DNA from: Giardia intestinalis
Taxonomy: Eukaryota
NCBI GenBank assembly: GCA_000002435.2
Contig: CM018790.1
Direction: 5' to 3' (one strand)
DNA length: 64,000 nt
The position numbers were made by a program, and so were the translations under genes. How positions within the stretch are numbered: position 1 is the stretch's first letter; the number at the start of each line of letters is the position of its first letter. This document shows, piece by piece, positions 59,154 to 64,000 of this stretch. The notes beneath the pieces are model-generated. The model worked only from the letters and a program-made list of their open reading frames with translations, was not told the DNA's origin and ran no database searches.

Positions 59154-62100
59154 CTAGCGCCCCGTGTCGATGCGTTTGAAGGGGTAGAAGCCATCAGGGG
59201 CATGCGGCTTGGGAGGACCGACGCGCTTGAAGAAGGACGGCAGGGCCTTGTGCACCGGCTCGGGTGCTCCTGCATCGTCGGGGCTGTCGTCATCCAGTGG
59301 AGGCGGGGAGGGGGCCCTTGAGCACATGAAGGGGTCTGGGCGTTCGTTTGCATCCGGCTGTGCGGGGTGATCGGTGCCCCAGGTGATCGAGGAGGAGACC
59401 TCAGCAGGACCCCAGGGAGGAGGGACTGCCGCATCAGGATGCTGGCTGAGATCGGCCATGATCTCTACGGAGGGCGACGTGCCAGGGCTCCACATGGCAG
59501 GGGTGAGGGGAGTAGGAGGAGTAGCCCGAGCCTCGTTGGGAGCCGGTTCCGGCAGGGATACTGCAGGGGCGGGGCGGTGCACCGGCCTCTCCACTCGCAG
59601 CCCAGCGTACAGGAGGGCCGACAGCCTGTAGTGCCAGAGGATGACCTGCGCCGCCTCCTGCATGAAGCGCGCAAGGTCCACGCCGGCGAACGCGAGTCCG
59701 GCCGCAGACAGGTGGTGCAGGACGCCGTCAGCACCGACCACGACGGGGAGGATGTGGGCCGCCCGCCCCTGGAGCACGAGGGGGCGATACTTGGCGGCCT
59801 TCAGGGCATAGGACCGCTCCAGCCTCCACGGGACAGTGACCACCAAGTCCCCGAAGCCCCCACCGATGACAAGGTCAGGCTGGAGGTGATCCACTGGGAT
59901 CGTGGGATTGCGCACAACAGACCCAGCGCGACCGCGGGAGCACGCGAGCAGGGCGTCCAGAATCTTGTCGTGCCGCGCCACGTGAATCCCGTTAATGGCC
60001 TTGCACACCAGATGGTGCCTGGGAAGGAAGGGCTGCTTGCAGTGGCAGCACGTGCCCATCGGCCGGCCCCGCTGGTACCTCCCCGCCAAGCAGTCCCCTA
60101 TGAACAGGACCTGCGTGTTGTCCAGGGGTGCGCAGCCCAGCAATGCGAGCGGCAGGAAGGATCGGAGCGCGGCCGTGTCCTGCAGGCGCTTCTTCCTCAG
60201 CTCGCGGAAGACGCCCGCCTTCATGTCCTGGCGCTGCCTGTGCATCTCGTCGTAGTAGTGATGGGGCAGCACCAGTCCGAGGCCGTACTTCGCGCGGGGC
60301 GTCAGAGCAAGGGTCTTCGCAAGGGGTTCGGGGATCTCCAGAAGGGTCGCGACCTCCTCCACTATCTGCGCATCGACGTCGGCATAGGGGGACGGGCCCG
60401 GGTAGTCGTCAACAAGGGGTCCATAGTTAACTGCAGGGACGACGCAGGCAGACAGGAGCCTGAGGCGGTCGTGGAGTGAGAGACCCGAAGCACGGAGGAC
60501 GGCGAGATGCTCGTGGAGCCGGCGGGCCGATGTCTGCGCGAGGTTGAAGGAGGAGTGCTTGAGCACGCGGGTGCCCATGAAGGAGATCGCCCCGGCCTGG
60601 GTCGAGGAGCACTTCGAGAGCTCGACCGTGAGCCCTATGCGGGAGAGGGCAGACTGCGCGTCACTCTTCACGGTATCTATGGGAATCGCCTCCTCTGACG
60701 CAATGACGAGGTCGTCGGCGTATGCAACGACCTTGTACTGGCCGAGGTACGTCTCCACCGGCCAGACAAGGCTCTGGCAGAACATCGCCATGGACAGCGG
60801 GTCCCCCTGTGGCACGCCCGCTGGGACCGCGGGGAGGTCCGAGGAGTGCCGAGCCGCGAGGAACGACTCAATGTACGCGACGGTCGGCTGGACCACCCCT
60901 GCCCGGCGGAGCGCAAAGAGGATGACGGAATGCGGGACGCTGTTGAAGGCATTCCGCACATCCACCGTGAGCAGGTGGTGTGTCCTCTTCAGCTCCTCGG
61001 CCGCGCGGATCGCCTTCATCTGGGCGAGGTGCTCAAAGGCCAGCTGCCACGCCGGGAGCTTGCGGAGCGCGGGAGTCCGACGCAGGAGCAAGCGGTGGAA
61101 GGCGACCAGAAGCGTCTCCTGCACTGCGATAGGGCGCCATCGGCCGCCAGACTTGGGCAGAAGCTTCAGCCTGAACTCGCACAGGGGCTGGAGCTGGGCC
61201 CAGTTCCTGCTGGAGAAGAGGGTCGTCAGGACAGAGGTGAAGAGCTCCGCAGCCCCGGCGGCCCCACAAAGGTGCAGGAGGTGAGGCTTCCCCAGCCCAG
61301 AGGGTCCGGCCGCGACAGGCCTCATCGCCTGCAGCTCCTTCAGCAGCGCCTTGGCCGTTATCTTGGGCGACGGGCCGAGCACGTGATGGACGGGGGGCAG
61401 AGAGACAGGCATGGGGCGCGGGTGGAGCTCATGGACAATCGCTTCCCGCTCCTTGCCCTGGGGCTCGGGGACCCTGGCGGCAGAGGACGTCTCGCTCAAC
61501 AGCGCCTGCCATGCCCGGCCGAGCAGCCCCTTCCGGAGAAGCGACTGCGCCGGGGGGAGCCGTCCAGAGCCCTCCATGCGGCGGCACGTCGAGAGGAAGC
61601 GCGCTAGGGCCTCTACAGGAGGAAGGCGCCCCGCCATCTCTGTGAATACGTCAGTGAGGAGGCGAAGCAGCTCAGGGGACGGGCTGCCACTAGGCACCCC
61701 GATGCGCTCGGGGACTGTGGCGTCGAGCGGGAGGTAGTGGCCGAGCCTGGCGATATGGGCCTTCAGCCCCCTCTCCGTTTTGTATCGGGCCCGGCACATG
61801 CTGCATGCATACGGGAACACAGGGTCCGGCGTTGGCGAGGGAGAGGGCTCGGCGGCTGCAGGTGGAGGGGCAGACCCCGACAGCGGAGAAGGGCTGCGCG
61901 ACGGAGAAGGTGAACCGGGAGGCGGATGGTGCATCCCGATGTGGACATCGATCGCCGCAGAGTCAGGCAGCACCTCTCCGCAGCGCTCGCAGACAGTCGT
62001 ACGGCCCCCAGGAGCAGGCAGGTCTGCGCCCCGGGCCTCCTGCTCGTCCGTGATGGACGGGGAGTTGTCGTGGCCCAGGTCGTATGGGAGGCCGTCGTCG

Positions 62101-62483
62101 GGAATCGGGAGGGGCTCCTGGCCACAGGGCAGAAGGTCGTTCGACAGGCAGGGAGGAGAGGCGTCCCGGGCCACCGAGGCCCCGGAGCCCTGTAAGCCAT
62201 GGACAGGAGAAGACTCATTGGGAGAGTTGTCCGTGGCGGAACGGCTGTTGCCAGGCCCAGGCTGGGGGGATGGGGGCCCGTGGGAGCCGCAGAGGGGCTC
62301 GCAAGAGGAAGGCCGGGCCATGGCGGTCGTCGAGGCATCGTTGCCGTCACCCAGCGTCATAGGATCGGGAGTGCCCCTAGGTAGGGGCCTGTGGGAGTCG
62401 GTTGGAGCGTGGTTGGGAGGCTCTGGGCCTGAGGAAGCCCCGATCTCCGTGGTTCCCGAAGGCGCGGAAAGGGCGGAACGCAT
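59154..62483 (-). CDS. Retrotransposon ORF encoding reverse transcriptase, a CCHC zinc finger, and a restriction-enzyme-like (PD-(D/E)xK) endonuclease. 1109 aa.
   Basis: RT motifs FNSVPH, GVPQGDPLSMAMF, VAYADDLVIASEE. C-terminal CHCKQPF..HHLVCKAINGIHVARHDKILD, then QPDLVIGGGFGDLVVTVPW...KAAKY, the R2/NeSL/Genie-type endonuclease. The ATG at 62483 lies 2 nt from the A15 tail of the upstream copy. Confidence 0.85.
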   Translation of the reverse strand: MRSALSAPSGTTEIGASSGPEPPNHAPTDSHRPLPRGTPDPMTLGDGNDASTTAMARPSSCEPLCGSHGPPSPQPGPGNSRSATDNSPNESSPVHGLQGSGASVARDASPPCLSNDLLPCGQEPLPIPDDGLPYDLGHDNSPSITDEQEARGADLPAPGGRTTVCERCGEVLPDSAAIDVHIGMHHPPPGSPSPSRSPSPLSGSAPPPAAAEPSPSPTPDPVFPYACSMCRARYKTERGLKAHIARLGHYLPLDATVPERIGVPSGSPSPELLRLLTDVFTEMAGRLPPVEALARFLSTCRRMEGSGRLPPAQSLLRKGLLGRAWQALLSETSSAARVPEPQGKEREAIVHELHPRPMPVSLPPVHHVLGPSPKITAKALLKELQAMRPVAAGPSGLGKPHLLHLCGAAGAAELFTSVLTTLFSSRNWAQLQPLCEFRLKLLPKSGGRWRPIAVQETLLVAFHRLLLRRTPALRKLPAWQLAFEHLAQMKAIRAAEELKRTHHLLTVDVRNAFNSVPHSVILFALRRAGVVQPTVAYIESFLAARHSSDLPAVPAGVPQGDPLSMAMFCQSLVWPVETYLGQYKVVAYADDLVIASEEAIPIDTVKSDAQSALSRIGLTVELSKCSSTQAGAISFMGTRVLKHSSFNLAQTSARRLHEHLAVLRASGLSLHDRLRLLSACVVPAVNYGPLVDDYPGPSPYADVDAQIVEEVATLLEIPEPLAKTLALTPRAKYGLGLVLPHHYYDEMHRQRQDMKAGVFRELRKKRLQDTAALRSFLPLALLGCAPLDNTQVLFIGDCLAGRYQRGRPMGTCCHCKQPFLPRHHLVCKAINGIHVARHDKILDALLACSRGRAGSVVRNPTIPVDHLQPDLVIGGGFGDLVVTVPWRLERSYALKAAKYRPLVLQGRAAHILPVVVGADGVLHHLSAAGLAFAGVDLARFMQEAAQVILWHYRLSALLYAGLRVERPVHRPAPAVSLPEPAPNEARATPPTPLTPAMWSPGTSPSVEIMADLSQHPDAAVPPPWGPAEVSSSITWGTDHPAQPDANERPDPFMCSRAPSPPPLDDDSPDDAGAPEPVHKALPSFFKRVGPPKPHAPDGFYPFKRIDTGR

Positions 62484-62485
62484 GG

Positions 62486-62500
62486 TTTTTTTTTTTTTTT
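62486..62500 (-). repeat. A15 poly(A) tail (T15 on the plus strand) ending the upstream retrotransposon copy.
   Basis: The plus strand reads catgg-T15-acagaggcggtttactacg. On the minus strand, AGTAAAC (62510–62516) sits 9 nt upstream of the tail. Confidence 0.85.
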
Positions 62501-64000
62501 ACAGAGGCGGTTTACTACGTAATATGCGCGCAAGGCGGTAAGGACATTGGAGGGGAGGCAGCCTCACGACGGAGGGGAAGGGCCCGCCCGGGGCGCCCAG
62601 CCCCCGTGCCCGCGTGGTCTCGCGGCGGGGGCGCGGCCAGGGGGGCCTTCTCCCCAGCTCCAGGGGTATGCTCCTGTGCGCGGGGGCGCGCGGGTCACGG
62701 CCAGGGGGGCCAGGCGCTGCAGGCTGTGTGTTAGTGGATCCGCGGAGAGGGCGGCCTGCGGTGTTAGGGCATAGCGGCATGCAGACATACAGGCCCGAGG
62801 GAGGCGTGCCATGTGAGGGGGAGTGGTAGGGGGGCATCCTGGAGGATCGATGGCGAAGGTGCCGATCCTCCTCCGTGGCGGCGCAGGAGTCCTGGATGAG
62901 ACGTGATGGCGTGGGTGCTTGGCCTTTGCTCGAGCGCATGGTGTGGGTGGACCGATTCCCCGCATCCTCCAGGCCCTGCGGGGGCGGTCTTCAGGCCCAA
63001 ATTCTGGATTTTGGAAAAAATAAAATCCACCATGAGCGTCGCCCCGGCGCAACCAGCAGGCCCTGGGCCGCGGAAACAAAGAGACAAATAGCCCGTGGAC
63101 CAAGAAGAGTGCAGGCCTGTTTGGGGGTAGAAGACGACGCGTCGGGCCAGAAACCCAGGGATCCAGGATTCCAGTCAAAGGCAGGCCTACAGACCGGCCC
63201 ACTGCACCGCGCACATACGCGAGGCACCATAATGCTGTTGCACTAAAAAGGGAAGCGCGAGCCCAGAGAACCGGCGAGGAAACAGCTTGGGGGTGGAGGG
63301 GTTTGGGGAGCCCAAATTCTGGCCCATCGACACACGGGGTGAGCTGTGGCCGGCCCAAGGGGACAGCGTGGACAGGTGTGTGCAGTGCCCCATATAAGGA
63401 TGCACGATGGGGATCGGCCGGGGCCACCGATTCGGGGGACAAGGGAGACGCGTCCGGACTGTCCCCGGGAGTCCGTGAGAAGGGAGGGTGCGGACCGTGC
63501 ACCATAGCTAGCCCATCCACACGTGTCGTGCTATTCCAGAATGGTGGCTCACCGGAGGCGTCTGGCCAAGATGGCGGGGGCAGCGGGGCGGTGGTCCCAT
63601 ACGGCCCAGGAGGCCGACAGAAGGTCACGCCTGAGAGAGCAGACTGACGGCTTAGGAGGTGGTGTGGGGAGGCACGGGTGATGGAGGAGGCCCCCTAAGG
63701 GCGGGTCCAGGCTGATGACGCCAGCTCAGGACAGACCGGCAGAGCGCCGTGGAGCCATATTCTTCTGTGCGTGCCAGTCCCATCTGTGACAAGCAACCCA
63801 TGTGGTGCCAGCGCTGGTGGGAGGCATGTGGCCCAGGTATGGAGCGAAACCTGGGGGCCCGGCCGGGACTGTCAACAGCCGTCACCGCGACTCAGCGGAG
63901 ACCGAGCAGGAGAGGTAGAGAGGAGCAGGGGAGAATGGGCCAGGCAAACACAGGCGCATGAGGGATGGCCCATTGGAGGGCAAGCACCTGGAGGCCAGGG
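62501..64000 (-). mobile_element. 3' UTR, partial and running off the window, of the next GilM/GilT-type copy in the head-to-tail array.
   Basis: It is collinear and near-identical with 57028–58530. Track ORFs recur with identical translations (for example 56983–57462 versus 62499–62939, and 58176–58409 versus 63652–63885). Differences are confined to homopolymer-length changes, such as G7 versus G5 near 57645/63120. Confidence 0.8.

Larger units (their letters stand above)
57028..62500 (-). mobile_element. Full-length non-LTR retrotransposon of the telomeric GilM/GilT type (Genie 1 lineage). 5.47 kb: a 2-nt 5' leader, a 3.33-kb ORF, and a 2.1-kb 3' UTR. Its 3' end is fused to the LSU rRNA fragment without a poly(A) tail.
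   Basis: ORF 59154–62483 (minus strand) carries RT, CCHC and REL-endonuclease motifs. The 3' UTR 57028–59153 is near-identical to 62501–64000, the UTR of the next copy. AGTAAAC lies at 57033–57039 (minus strand). The length matches the roughly 5.5 kb I recall for Genie 1. Confidence 0.8.

Noticed and set aside
62564-63628. 354-aa Pro-rich ORF on the element strand within the retrotransposon 3' UTR. Other UTR ORFs include 57398–58171 (+) and 58396–58992 (−).
   Set aside because: The same region in the other copy is split into two ORFs (57087–57626 and 57514–58152) by a homopolymer-length difference, so the frame is not under selection. Composition is low-complexity and GC-driven. I regard the 2.1 kb as non-coding UTR.
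1-64000. Telomeric (TAGGG)n repeats and CRISPR or prokaryotic features
   Set aside because: No run of TAGGG or CCCTA was seen. The sequence is eukaryotic (Giardia), so prokaryotic feature classes do not apply. The telomere itself is presumably beyond the right edge.

Overview
This window reads as Giardia intestinalis (G. lamblia) subtelomeric DNA. Four things in the sequence point there: a variant-specific surface protein ending in the CRGKA tail, NEK kinases fused to ankyrin repeats, alpha-giardin (annexin-like) genes, and AGTAAAC polyadenylation signals just after stop codons. There are no introns and the genes are tightly packed.

From left to right the window contains:
- 1–17.4 kb: a flagellar-type neighbourhood. 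It holds a partial adenylate-kinase-like gene with a DPY-30/RIIa-like N-terminus, a MYCBP/AMY-1-like gene, a 4773-aa dynein heavy chain, and a NEK-ankyrin pseudokinase.
- 17.4–22.4 kb: a GC-rich 1649-aa orphan ORF.
- 23–46.6 kb: three near-identical copies (about 3.07 kb each) of a degenerate non-LTR retrotransposon. I identify it as GilD/Genie 2 from its broken YADD reverse-transcriptase ORF and its ~170-bp terminal inverted repeats. The copies are oriented +, −, +. They are interleaved with the following genes:
  - a NEK 5' fragment
  - two ankyrin ('21.1'-type) genes
  - two alpha-giardin genes, one cut off by an element and one frameshifted
  - NSF
  - a P4-type phospholipid flippase with a homopolymer frameshift
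- 46.6–50 kb: 3.3 kb with no convincing ORF.
- 50–52.6 kb: a VSP gene carrying about 14.3 tandem 111-bp repeats.
- 53.4–56.3 kb: an intact NEK-ankyrin kinase, paralogous to the 23 kb fragment.
- 56.4–57.0 kb: an orphan 630-bp internal fragment of LSU (28S) rRNA.
- 57.0–64.0 kb: a head-to-tail array on the minus strand of a GilM/GilT-type (Genie 1 lineage) non-LTR retrotransposon, the family described at Giardia telomeres. One full copy is 5.47 kb: a 1109-aa RT/CCHC/restriction-enzyme-like-endonuclease ORF plus a 2.1-kb 3' UTR. It is followed by the A15 tail and 3' UTR of the next copy. The 3' ends point toward the centromere, so the window's right edge heads toward the telomere.

Caveats:
- Every family assignment rests on motif recognition and remembered protein sequences, not on a database search.
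- The supplied ORF track treats TTG, GTG and CTG as start codons. Several starts were re-set to the first ATG.
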